A DNA stretch of 64,000 bases from Camelus dromedarius (Eukaryota). Positions within the stretch are counted from its first letter, which is position 1; every line of letters begins with the position of its first letter. This document shows positions 52,160 through 63,035 of the stretch, piece by piece. The stretch is taken from assembly GCF_036321535.1 (NCBI RefSeq), contig NC_087436.1, positions 21,268,001-21,332,000 on the forward strand, given 5' to 3'. The notes under the pieces were generated by a model. It was given only the letters and a program-made list of their open reading frames with translations. It ran no database searches and was not told the origin of the DNA. The translations under genes and the position numbers were made by a program.

Positions 52160-52340
52160 GCAAGTTCTGGTTTGCCAACGTCCTTCTGGAATGTAAATGC
52201 AATACCCCAGGTCCAGCTGGACAATAAGAAACGGGAGGAAACACAAGCTCTGTAGTGCTGGGCATTCTGTTTACACAGCCTAAGAAGGAATGAGGCTTTC
52301 TGGCAACCACACTGCACAGGTGACTCATAATGAATTTAGG
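52160..52340 (-). mobile_element. Second L3/CR1 fragment in opposite orientation
   Basis: Track ORF 52122..52328 begins MSHLCSVVARKPHSFLGCVNR, resembling the CR1 ORF2 motif MSQQCxxAAKKANxILGCIxR. Confidence 0.65.
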
Positions 52341-52429
52341 TTTCTCTCCTGAACGATGGCTAACAGCTGACAGTCCCAGCAGTTACCGCCACTGGTTGGT
52401 CGTCACACTTTATATTTCTCTGCTCAAAG

Positions 52430-52565
52430 TCCACCTCTATCCACTAGAACATAGGCTTCATGAATGTAGGAGTTTTGTCTTGTTCACAGCTGACTGTCCC
52501 CCACCTAGAACAAGTCCCGGCCCATGGCAGGCGTTCAATAAATACATGCTGAGTGAATGAATGAC
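52430..52565 (+). mobile_element. L2 3' end
   Basis: cactagaacataggcttcatgaatgtagg...atggcaggcgttcaataaatacatgctgagtgaatgaatg. Confidence 0.8.
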
Positions 52566-53300
52566 TGTCAAACAACAACCAACAAAAAGGCTATCGTGGG
52601 GACAAGAGACAAAGGACAAGACACTAGCCCTGTGCTGTGTAGCTCCAAAAGAGAGAACTAGCAACCACTCTAAGTTATAGGAAGGCGGCTTTCAACGCAA
52701 AAAAATAGACCTATTCCACAACAGGACGTGCTGCTGCTCGAAGGATGATTTTGTTCTCTAGAACTGAAAATATTAAACTAGATGTTGGATGATTATGAAG
52801 TCTGCACTTTTTGGATGCCTGAAATGAGTAACCTCAAGTAGTTTTCAGACTCAGTGATTCTCCACAGATTCAAGTTTCGTAGCATCAGTGACAGGGATGT
52901 CCCCTTCTAGACAGGAATCTTTCTGACAACAACTGTACTCAACAGGGTCCACCCACCCCTCCTGATCCACTCTCCACTGGTTCTGCCCCGCTCTGAGCTG
53001 GGGAAGGCTAACTGTTAAGGACTGCAACATGGCGTGTTCTCAGGCTTTTGAATGGGTTTGGTCAATGGGGTGAGAGAGAGAGGAGCCTGAGGGTAGGGGA
53101 CCGATTCCCTAGCTGCATCCTTATGCACCCCCTGACCTGGAGACCTCAGCTCCTGCAAGTCCATCATGTCTACACAGCCTTCGCTCCTGGGGTTTGGTAA
53201 AACTTCTTCCTCTTCCCTCTGCAAGTGTTGGGAATGGCCCTTGCCCACCCTTCTTACCTGTCCTTGCATTCTTACTACAGATTTTGGTAAGTGGTCTTTT

Positions 53301-53405
53301 AGATTTAACATTTAAAAAAAATTTTTTTTGAAGTATAGTTGGTTTTCAATGTGGTAATTTCTGGTGTACAACATAGTGATTCAGATATCTATCTATCTAT
53401 CTATC

Positions 53406-53441
<36 letters not shown>

Positions 53442-53745
53442 CAGATAGATAGATAGATATTCCTTTTCATATTCTTTTTCATTATAGCTTATTACAAGGT
53501 ACTGAATCTAGCTCCCTGTGCTACACAGTAGGACCCTGCTATCTATCTATTTTATATAGAATAGTTAGTATCTGCAAATCCCAAACTCCCAATTTATTCC
53601 TCCACCTCTCCTTTTACCCCTGGTAACCCTAAATTTGTTTTCTGTGTCTGTGAGTCTGTTTCTGTTTTGCCAATAAGTTCATTTGTGTTATTTTTTTAGA
53701 TTCCACACGTAAGTGATATCATACAGTACTTCTCTTTCTGGCCTA
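53301..53745 (-). mobile_element. LINE-1 3' end, sense to GAB1, containing (TATC)n(GATA)n
   Basis: ttgaagtatagttggttttcaatgt...ttttttagattccacacgtaagtgatatcatac; imperfect TSD gtaagtggtctttt / gtaagcagtctttt. Confidence 0.9.
53385..53460. repeat. Compound (TATC)5/(GATA)n microsatellite
   Basis: Read directly. Confidence 0.95.
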
Positions 53746-54450
53746 CTTTGTAAGCAGTCTTTTTATTAAATGTTCCTCAAATTATCCAACTTGCGTGGGC
53801 CACCTGTTTCCCGCCAGGCCCCTGATCAATGCACCAGCTAAGCGGTGCATTGGGTCTGAGAGCTTCCCGGGCCAAGGAAGGGGAGGGCCGGGTGCTGGAG
53901 AGCTCGGCTGCTGTAACTGTTAGAGGAGCCTCCTTCCTACTGAGCCAGCTCCAGCATTCTTACTCATTAGTGGCAGTGCCACTGTGATAATGCTGGGCCT
54001 TTCGCTGATCTGAAGCCAGTTTTCAGAACCCATCAGGACAGCGGGCAGGCACGCAGCCCCGACGGGTCACAGCGAGTCGGGCGTCTCCGCGGAACTGCTT
54101 AAGCAGCTCTATTTCCTGCACATTCCCTAACAGAGGCTTCCCAGTTAGGCAAGCATTTGGGCTTCGCATACCGTCCTTCCTTCAGAAAGAGGAAGCCACA
54201 TCAGGATGCCACATGACAGTATCAGATTCTGGACATCAACAGCGGTTGTTGGGAAAATCATGCATCTATTATGTTTTCTTTTTTTTCCTCCAAAAACGGG
54301 TTTGTGAAAGAGCAAACACCACCGAGCTTCTCTTTTTCATCTCTTATTTCATCCGACAGAGGCTGACCTTCCGTGGAAACTACAGCAGTAGGGTATTTTC
54401 ACCTGGCGTGGATTTTTATCTCATAAAGTCTATATCAAGGGGGAAGCATG

Positions 54451-54591
54451 TTTTTTCTTCTCTTTCTTTCTTATTTTTTGGGGGGGGGATTAGGTTTACT
54501 TATTTATTTTTAGAGGAGGTACTGGGCATTGAACCCAGGACCTCATGCATGCTAAGCATACGCTCTACCATTTGGGCTACACCCTCTGCCC
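54451..54591 (-). mobile_element. tRNA-Ala-derived SINE, long form
   Basis: attaggtttacttatttat...gaggtactgggcattgaacccaggacctcatgcatgctaagcatacgctctacc...gctacaccct. Confidence 0.92.
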
Positions 54592-56354
54592 AAATACTGT
54601 CTTTTCTCACTGCCAACAGAGTCATATAAAATGAATATGAATCCTTGGTAAGAGTCGGTATTTCTTTCTGTGGTCTTGTGTCACAGCAAGCATTAAGCAA
54701 ACAAAGGATCAGGTGGGAAAAGCACACAAAAAAACAGATGAATTTAGACAAAGGGAAATAAGGACAACTTTTAAGTTATGACATAAAGAGGAACAAAATC
54801 TTGAGAACTGCACAAAATACAAAGAGAAACCTCCACAGCAATCTGCTGCCAGAAACAATTACTTGTATACCATAATCGAAAGATTTTTAACTGTATATAG
54901 TTGTAGAAATCTGGCGTTATCTGGAGCAACTTGGACAGAGGGGAATGAGGAAGATAAAAACGAAAGCTACAAAACTTTTATAATTCCTTGAATATCTATG
55001 TTTTGGACAATCACAGGATGATGGAGACAGTATCATCTACTCCAGAAACAGCACAGTCCTATTCAGGGTGGGGGGACCACAGCTATGAAAAAATCGGAAG
55101 CTAAGAGAACCCCAAGAGCCCAGGTGTTTACTTCTTCCAACTCTGGGCTGCTGTCCTCCCTGCCTGGGGCTCCCTGTCTCTGAACTTTGACCACATACAG
55201 CTATTAGCACTAGAATATGAGAAATTCTTTGCCATACCAGCAGGAACCCCTGTTTCCTCTTTTTTCCTCAAAATCAGGACCCACCAATAACATTTTTCTT
55301 CCTTCTCAAAGCCCTGTGGATGGGGCTGGAAACACGAGCCCGGAAGCAACGCCCTCTTCCCTGCTGTACCATCGGGACTTAGACCCTCATCAGAATTTGC
55401 GGCTTGACCCCCGACTTAAGGGTGGTCCAATTATGGCTTCAAAAAAGATGAAAGATACACCCTCAAGCCCTTGCACTGAGAGAAGAACTTAGGAGTCTGT
55501 TTTACGAAGGCTTCAGTTATAACTGGGAACTGAACTTACTCCTTTGGAAGGGAACAGAAGAAAAGCACACTTTTAACGACATATCCAAATGTGACACATC
55601 TAATATAAAAGTGAAAAGCCACAGCTCTGGGGCTTTCTTGTAAAGAGGTCCTTCCCAAACGTTTTCCTCATTGGACCAACATATGCTCTCACTCTTGCTC
55701 TCTCCCATTTAAACCTGGGGCTTCTAAGGATATCTATAAATAAATACAGAATTTCCTTTCTAGAGACACTGAAGATTTCCCCAGTCCTGCTACCAGACAC
55801 TGGGTCCAGTTCAACAAACATGTCTTGAGTTCCAATTATGTGCAGACACTAGGTCCCCGTGCTAATAATGGGAAGACAGTTTCTTCCAAAAATGTCCTTG
55901 TCTTCCTTAATTCCTGGGACAGTTTTTTGGCATCCCGACTAGAACCAGCAACTATCAATTAGGCCTTAGTCTTGTGGACACCCATTAAGTTAAAAGTACT
56001 TAGTGATTTTTGGCTATTTGCAAGGCTATCTCTGATAGCAACAGAAGTGTTCCTGGTTCATGTGATAAAATCTGAAATGAGGGACAGGTACATAAATAAC
56101 CAAAAGCAAAAGTTGAAACTGTGGCACATACATAGAGCTGTGACAATCTGAAGGAAGAGAGATTGCTTATCACTGAAGGGGTCAAGGAAAAAATTCAAGA
56201 AGGAAGTAGCATTTGAGACCGTCTTCAAACAAGGAAAAAGTACAGTGAACACTCAGCCATGAAAGGTGTGGGATGTGAACAGAGAGAGAGGTAAGAGAAA
56301 GCAGCCCGGGAAAATAACAGAGGGTCTTGAGAATCACAGAATTTTCAATTAAAG

Positions 56355-56785
56355 CATCAATTCAATCCATTTGGATAAACAAATTGTGATGTATCCCAAC
56401 AACGGAAGACTGTTCAGCAGCAACAAGGCACGGACTTCTAACATATATCCCAACGTGGATGAACTTTAAAAACGTTATGCCTAGTGAAAGAAGCCAGACA
56501 CAAGAGGTCACATGTTATATAATTCCATTATATGAACTGCCCAGAAGGGGCAGATCCACATAGACAGAAAAGACATTAGTGGTTGGCTAAGGCTCGTAGG
56601 GGTGGGAGTGAAGGGGATGGGGTTTCTTTCTCACGGTGGTGAAAATGTCCTGGAATTAGATAGTGGTGATGGCTGTATAGCTCTGAGAATCTACTAAAAA
56701 CCACTGACTTGTACACTTATATAAAAAAGGTGAACTTTACAGTATGCAATTTATACCTCAATAGAGCTGTCATAGCAAATAAAAT
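56355..56785 (+). mobile_element. Old LINE-1 (L1M-type) 3'UTR
   Basis: ggataaacaaattgtg...tggatgaactttaaaaacgttatgcctagtgaaagaagccagacacaa...ggaattagatagtggtgatggctg. Confidence 0.85.
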
Positions 56786-57539
56786 TAATCCATTTTAATA
56801 TTTATATTTATGTAGAATTTGAATACCTAGGCTAGTGCCCTATACGTATTTTTCACTTAGACGTATGTATTAACCATGTACACAGAGTACCATCTTTGTA
56901 CAGAACATAAAACATAACAGCAGGTCAAAATTTTTAAGTTTAAGGTTCATGGCCTTAGAACTTCTCTAGAAGAAATGAATCTGCTGTCTTCTTAACCCTC
57001 CAAATCAGGTGCATTTTGGGTATTAATAAATAAATGATACATAACTTATGGGAAGCTTTTTAATATTTGAACACAAAGCAGACAGTATCAGAGATCAGTT
57101 TCTTTACATGGCTGAATTTTCAAACAGCATTTTTGTTGAAACTAAGGGAGTTGCATTTCATTGTGTATGTTCTCTAGGAAACACATGAAAAACACCAGTC
57201 ATAAATTTTTAGATGCCAGTTTTTGTTTTGTGTTGGTGGTTCATTCATTTGTTCTTAATTATAGAAAGTGGGCCTGGTATTAGCATTTAATTTATTCTGT
57301 CTTCCTCTGAGAATGACTAAAGACTTTAGAAAGCTAACAGTTTCCTTTTTTGGGTCACATTTGCCATCAATTTCTGATTTTGTGCTTTGCTATATACACA
57401 ATGAACTTAGAAAAAACTCAAGAATAAGCAAAACTTGACTCATCACAAGCAAAAATCTAGCTCAATGTTCATTTTGAGAGTAAAAGGAAACAAAAGTGGA
57501 AAAGATAACACAGATGCACATAAAATGATGCCAAGCTTA

Positions 57540-58080
57540 GCCAAGACATGGAAACAGCCTAAATGTCCATCAACAGATGACTGGATAAAGAAGATGTGGT
57601 ATATTTATACAATGGAATACTATTCAGCCATAAAAACCAACAACATAATGCCATTTGCAGCAACATGGATGCTCCTGGAGACTGTCATTCTAAGTGAAGT
57701 AAGCCAGAAAGAGAAAGAAAAATACCATATGAGATCGCTCATATGTGGAATCTAAAAAAACAAACAAACAAACAAAAAAGCCAAACAAACAAAGCATAAA
57801 TACAAAACAGAAATAGACTCACTAACATAGAATACAAACTTGTGGTTGCCAAAGGGGCAGAGGGTGGGAAGGGATAGACGGGATTTCAAAACTGTAGAAT
57901 AGATAAACAAGATTATGCTGTATAGCACAGGGAAATACACACAAAATCTTATGGTAGCTCACAGAGAAAGGAATGTGACAATGAATATTGTATGTTCATG
58001 TATAACTGAAAAATTGTGCTCTACACTGGAATTTGACACAACATTGTAAAATGATTATAAGTCAATAAAAAATGTTTAAA
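57540..58080 (+). mobile_element. Relatively young LINE-1 3' end (ORF2 C-terminus plus 3'UTR)
   Basis: Track ORF 57435..57755 contains AKTWKQPKCPSTDDWIKKMWYIYTMEYYSAIK..., the L1 ORF2 C-terminus. 18-bp TSD aaaatgatgccaagctta (57522-57539) / aaaatgataccaagctta (58081-58098), one mismatch. Confidence 0.95.
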
Positions 58081-61000
58081 AAAATGATACCAAGCTTACC
58101 AATTCTGTATCACGTGCACGTACTTAAGGCACAAATAGAAGGAAATGCCTCACAATGTGCAGAACTGTGGATTGTGAGACAATCTGAACTTCTAAGTCTG
58201 AATGTTTACCCTCCTTGGCACAAGTGAAAGGATTGCTCACTGTTTACCTTTTCTGTGCCAGTTACCAAGACAAGACTTTCTCTCATTTTAAATTTGATTC
58301 ATTACTTTGCAAGAATCTGATTTCCTCCTACCAGGGAAACTTTAGCTAAAAACAATCTTCCAATAAACTTGCAGAAGTGCCTCTACCTTTGATTTCTGTC
58401 TATAGTGGTGTAATAATAATAAGTATTGACTAAACCAAGTTAATATGCGTCCAGTGTGTTTTAGTAATTCAAGGTGCTTGCCAACTCTTGATAATGATGT
58501 CTTTTTGTCGGTAGGAACACTGTGATGGATACCTGCAGGAATTATCATTCCTGTACTAAACAGAACAGCAAAGAATACTTAGAGGCTCACAGAAGGAAAC
58601 TGCTGAATAATTTATAAATTGTTCCATCACTAAAACCGAACTACTTATCAAATGTGGGTTTTCAATTTCTCATTAACTGTGGGGACCAGATTCTGGCTAA
58701 AGATTGATTTTTACATTAAAAGAAACTGCTAAGATGATGAATAAGAAACCAACAAGGCAATAAAATAAGTAGTTTATTAGTAGTTATTGTAGAGAGGAAA
58801 AATAACACTCCAAAATGTACTGGCAAATTCAAGTTTAAGCACTAATTCAGGGATTCTCCTGTTACCATGATCACTAAATGGAATTCCAGAAGCTAGAAAG
58901 AGTACCTGTTTCTTTCCAGATCCTGAGAGGAAACGGTCATCAATTCACTTGCCAGAAACAGTTAATATATTACTCAAATCGCAGACTTTAATTAAAAATA
59001 AAAGAGATGCAGCAACAGAGATGTTTGTGGTTCAAATCAGATTTGAAATTAACTACCAGGTAACTTCTCCAAGTTTCAAGGCAGACTGTTTCCATACAAC
59101 ATAGTTATTTTTTTTACTCCAGAGAGTTCTAAGTATGTTTTATAAATGTCTGTAGAATTTTTTATATAAACATCCAGATTTCCCACATTCCAGTTTCCAG
59201 AAACTAGGTTTTGTTCCTCAAGTAGTCATTAAGATGCATGGGTAAATGATTTGGAGAAAGAAAAATACTTCACTGAAATATTTTTACTTATCTAAAGAGA
59301 TGCCATGTTATGTGCATGGAAATGTGTCTATGTGTGTGATGGTGGTAGTGGAGGAGGAACACATACTTCCTGTAAAAGTAGGAAAATTACAAGAGAGCAT
59401 TTAAAAAATATCTGTTAACCCCAACACTCATACATATTATCCTTGAGGAACATGTACCCTTCCAACATAGAGCCCCTATGGCTCTATTTTTATGTCAATT
59501 TCACAATGTCTCCGGCTTCATTCTTTTCATGATAAAAAGTTGGAATGAAAATAAATGGTTAGCTCCTGGACTTTTCATTCTCAATGATAGATAAATTCAG
59601 AATTACTTGAAAGCTGCAAAGGTGGGGTTACTGTATATTAACTGTATATTCATGCATGTCAGTATGCTTTCTCCATCATTATCTAAAAATACACTGTATA
59701 GTAGAACCACGTATGATAAGACAAATGAGCAAATGAATAGGGCAATTCAAAACCACAGAATGACTGAATATCAGAGCTCGAAGTGACCTCGCGGGCTACA
59801 TGAGTGTAATTCCTATTTAAATGGAAACCTGGAAAAAAAAAAACAAACTGGAAACCTGACTGTGACCTCTATAGGGTAGAGTCCCCCCTTTATTCACGTG
59901 TGAATCCTTCCTACAAAGCCCAGCATGTGCCCAGCACTCTATAAATACATTTGAAATACACTACCATGTTTGTCGGATGAATGAAATTCATTTTAATGGA
60001 AGAGTGCATAACCTCAGAAGGAAAGACTTCTGGCTCTGATCCTTCTACAAAGAAATGGCTTACTGTCCATTTACATATTAGTAATGAATTAAAGCCTGAA
60101 CAAGAGATCGTGCAACGGCAGTCCCCAACTAATGGAAAAGATGCATATCCAAAAGTTTGTATGTAAGTAGATTCACTGGACTCCAGAATGCATTTTCTCA
60201 TACAAACAATGTTGCTCATAGCGGCTCACTTCTCTGGCCAGCCCACAACTTCCTTAAGTATACAGTTCCAACAGACTAACCACCACGCAGAAAAAGGTGC
60301 CATGGGAAAATGTGTCCGGCACCCCATTATGGGGAACATCTTGCTGCTGCCCAGTAGGTAGGCTCCTTCAAGATTAGAGATGGAAGATGAGAAGAAATCA
60401 GACCAGGGTAAAGCTGTCAACAATGAGAGAGGGAGAGAAATAAAAGCTCAGTCTCCAGTGCTCCGTGCCCCCAGCCAAACCACCTTACGTTCCTCACTCA
60501 TCTGCTACGCGTGCATGCCTGGAGCATCTTCTGTATGTCAGGCACTATGCTATGCCCTGGGGGGTGCAGCAGAGGCCAAAATCAATGTGGTTTTTATCCT
60601 CCAGGAACTTATAATCTAGTAGGGAAGACAGACTTTGAAGGGTCAGAGAGGCAAATAGGGGAGAGGGTTAGTGGGGAGCAGAGAGAGGTCTAATGAGCAG
60701 AAAAGGAAAAGACTATTCAAAACGTAAGGCACCATTTCCCTCCTCTTTATTCCTCCATCTGCATTCTTTCATCATTGGGGTGAAAGCAGGTGAGGGACAG
60801 GAACAAGTACCAAAAAAGCAGATGTAGGAAGAGATTTCATTTTCCTCTCCCCTGTTTTTACCCTTTTTTACAGATCCCAATGCCAACTAGTGCAGGCAGA
60901 GGTGAATGGCATTGACGTGGGCTGCGGGGAGTGGACCAGCAAACAAGAGAGCTGTAGCAGTGACAGCAGGACTGAGAGGAAGGAGAGCTCACCACCCCAG

Positions 61001-61117
61001 GACAAAGCAGAAATCACACTGTGTCAGGAATGGACAAGATGAGGCTGTGCCTAATTAGGAAAAGGCCCTTCTGCTCAGGGCCCATCCAAGACAGACTCTG
61101 CTCTGGACATATAACCT

Positions 61118-61648
61118 TGTGATGACTGGATAAAGAAGTTGTGGACTATATATACAATGGAGTAGTAGTCAGCCATTAAAAAGAATGAAGTAATGCCATT
61201 TGTAGCAACATGGATGGACTTGGAGATCGTCATACTAAGTGAAGTCAGACAGCAAGAGAAAGAAAAATACCATATGATATCACTCATATGTGGAATCAAA
61301 AAAAAAAAAAAGATACAAACAAACTTATTTACAAAACAGAGACAGAGTCACAGACATAGAAAACAAACTTACGGTTACCAGGGAAGGAAGAGGGGGTGAA
61401 GGGAGGGATAATTTGGGAGTTCAGGATTTGCAAATACACACTACTAAATATAAAATAGATGTACAACAAAGACCTACTATATAGCACAGGGAACTATATT
61501 CAATATCTTGACCTATAATGAAAAAGAATATGAAAAGGAATATATATATGTATGTATAACTGAATCACTATGCTGTACACCAGAAATTAACACAACACTG
61601 TAAATGGACTATACTTCAATGAAAGAAAGAAAGAAAGAAAGAAAGAAA
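61118..61648 (+). mobile_element. LINE-1 3' end with (GAAA)7 tail
   Basis: Track ORF MPFVATWMDLEIVILSEVRQQEKEKYHMISLICGI is the L1 ORF2 end; TSD-like ggacatataacc / ggacatctaccc. Confidence 0.92.
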
Positions 61649-61749
61649 GGACATCTACCCCCAAACCTCTCAGTTTTCCCCATCATTTTCTAAAACCCAT
61701 TCAGGAATACTGATTGATATCTGTGGAGGCTGCTGTAATGAGAATACTT

Positions 61750-62364
61750 ACAGCTTGATAAATCCACTGTTGGTTGAAAATACTATAAACTGGAAATGCA
61801 TATAATACACCTAATCTACCGACCATCATTGCTTGGCCTAGCCTACCTTAAGTGTGCTCAGGACATTTTAACATTAGCCTATAGTTGGGCAAAATCGCCT
61901 AACTACAAAGCGTATTTTATAATAAAGTGTTGAACATCTCACATAAGGTATGGAATGCTGTACTGAAAGTGAAGTACAGAATGGTTGTGTGCATTTTGGT
62001 TGCTTACTTTCATGACTGCAAGGTTGACTCTGAGCTGAGGCTGCTGTTGGCCCAGCATCATGAGAGAGGATCGCACCGCAAAGGATCAAATTCAAAATTC
62101 AACGTACAGTTTCGGGGGGAGGGTCTGGCTCACTGGTAGAGCGTATGCCTAGCACGCATGAGGTTCTAGGTTCAATCCCCAGCATCTCCACTAAAGACAA
62201 ATAAATAAATAAATAAACCTAATTACCTCCCCTCCAACAAAAAATAAAAAGATAAATTTGAAAAAAAAATTCAATGTACAGTTTCTACCGAATGCGTTAT
62301 CACTTTCATACCATTGTAAGTTAAAAAATCCTAAGTCGAACCATCGTAAGTCGGGGACAATCTG
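61750..62364. mobile_element. MER47-like TcMar-Tigger element interrupted by a SINE
   Basis: aatgcatataatacacctaatctaccga...gcctagcctaccttaag...cattagcctatagttgggcaaaatc...aagtcgaaccatcgtaagtcggggacaatctg. Confidence 0.85.
62114..62265 (+). mobile_element. tRNA-Ala-derived SINE, long form, nested in the MER47-like element
   Basis: ggggggagggtctggctcactggtagagcgtatgcctagcacgcatgagg...aataaacctaattacctcccc; 20-bp TSD aaaattcaacgtacagtttc (62094-62113) / aaaattcaatgtacagtttc (62266-62285). Confidence 0.95.
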
Positions 62365-62589
62365 CTAAGAAATTATTAGTTTTGTGATGACATTTTTCCT
62401 CATACCTATCAGTAGCAGAAATTTTATTTTTGAAGTTCTGTGGGCGGGTAGCTGTTGTCCTTCTTTTCAATCCTTTCACCCCTACCTGCAATATAACAGG
62501 TGTAGTAGACTTACATGATTCTTTTAGATCACCCAGCATCTGAATTTCCCTTCCTATGTTTGCAAAAATCATTAACTCTAATTTTACAA

Positions 62590-63035
62590 AAGCAGGCAAT
62601 TTCAGATGATTGCTTTCTTAGCCCCCTTGCAATAGAGTGCAGGCATATGATCAGGTATACTGGCTCCACCAAAAATATTCATCCCAGATTTTGAATCTCA
62701 AGAAATTTCAAGAAACAAGTACTGTACAGAGACCTGGGTCTAGGGTTGGGGCAGCGAGAGCAGCATCCAGAAGCAGGAGTGGCGGTATCTGGTGGGTCAT
62801 GTCAGTGATTTTGGGAGTGCAAGGTGTCAGGCCTATGGTCACAGCCCAGGAGGCAGTTAGGGGTATGTTCCCTGGACCAGTTGAGTGGCCTTGTTCCTGG
62901 TTGATGAGCTTCTGAGCTAGGTTCTCAGCTTTCCTGGGGAAACTGTGAGCTAACTAGCAGCCTTCAGAAACTTTTTTTCTGATGACATTAGCCAGAGGTT
63001 TCTGTTGCTTACAGCTGAGAATCCTGACTGATATA
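62590..63035 (+). mobile_element. ERVL solo LTR (LTR41/LTR16-like)
   Basis: cccttgcaatagagtgcaggcatatga...gattttgaatc...ttagccagaggtttctgttgcttacagctgagaatcctgactgatata. Confidence 0.6.

Larger units (their letters stand above)
52934..53833 (+). mobile_element. ERVL solo LTR (LTR33-like) split by an L1 insertion
   Basis: TG start, cctcctgatccactctccac, gggtttggtcaatggg; the 3' part resumes after the L1 with ttattaaatgttcctcaaatt...cacctgtttcccgccaggccc...gCA. Confidence 0.7.

Noticed and set aside
53252..53260. Strong minus-strand donor CAG|GTAAGA
   Set aside because: Lies in an antisense LTR with no evident acceptor or promoter; such matches are expected by chance.
57435..57755. 106-aa ORF, and the similar ORFs at 61193, 32536 and 10106
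   Set aside because: These are L1 ORF2 C-terminal remnants in 5'-truncated insertions.
7160..62200. tRNA-like sequences as functional tRNA-Ala genes
   Set aside because: They have A-rich tails, target-site duplications and substitutions that break the stems, so they are SINE retroposons.
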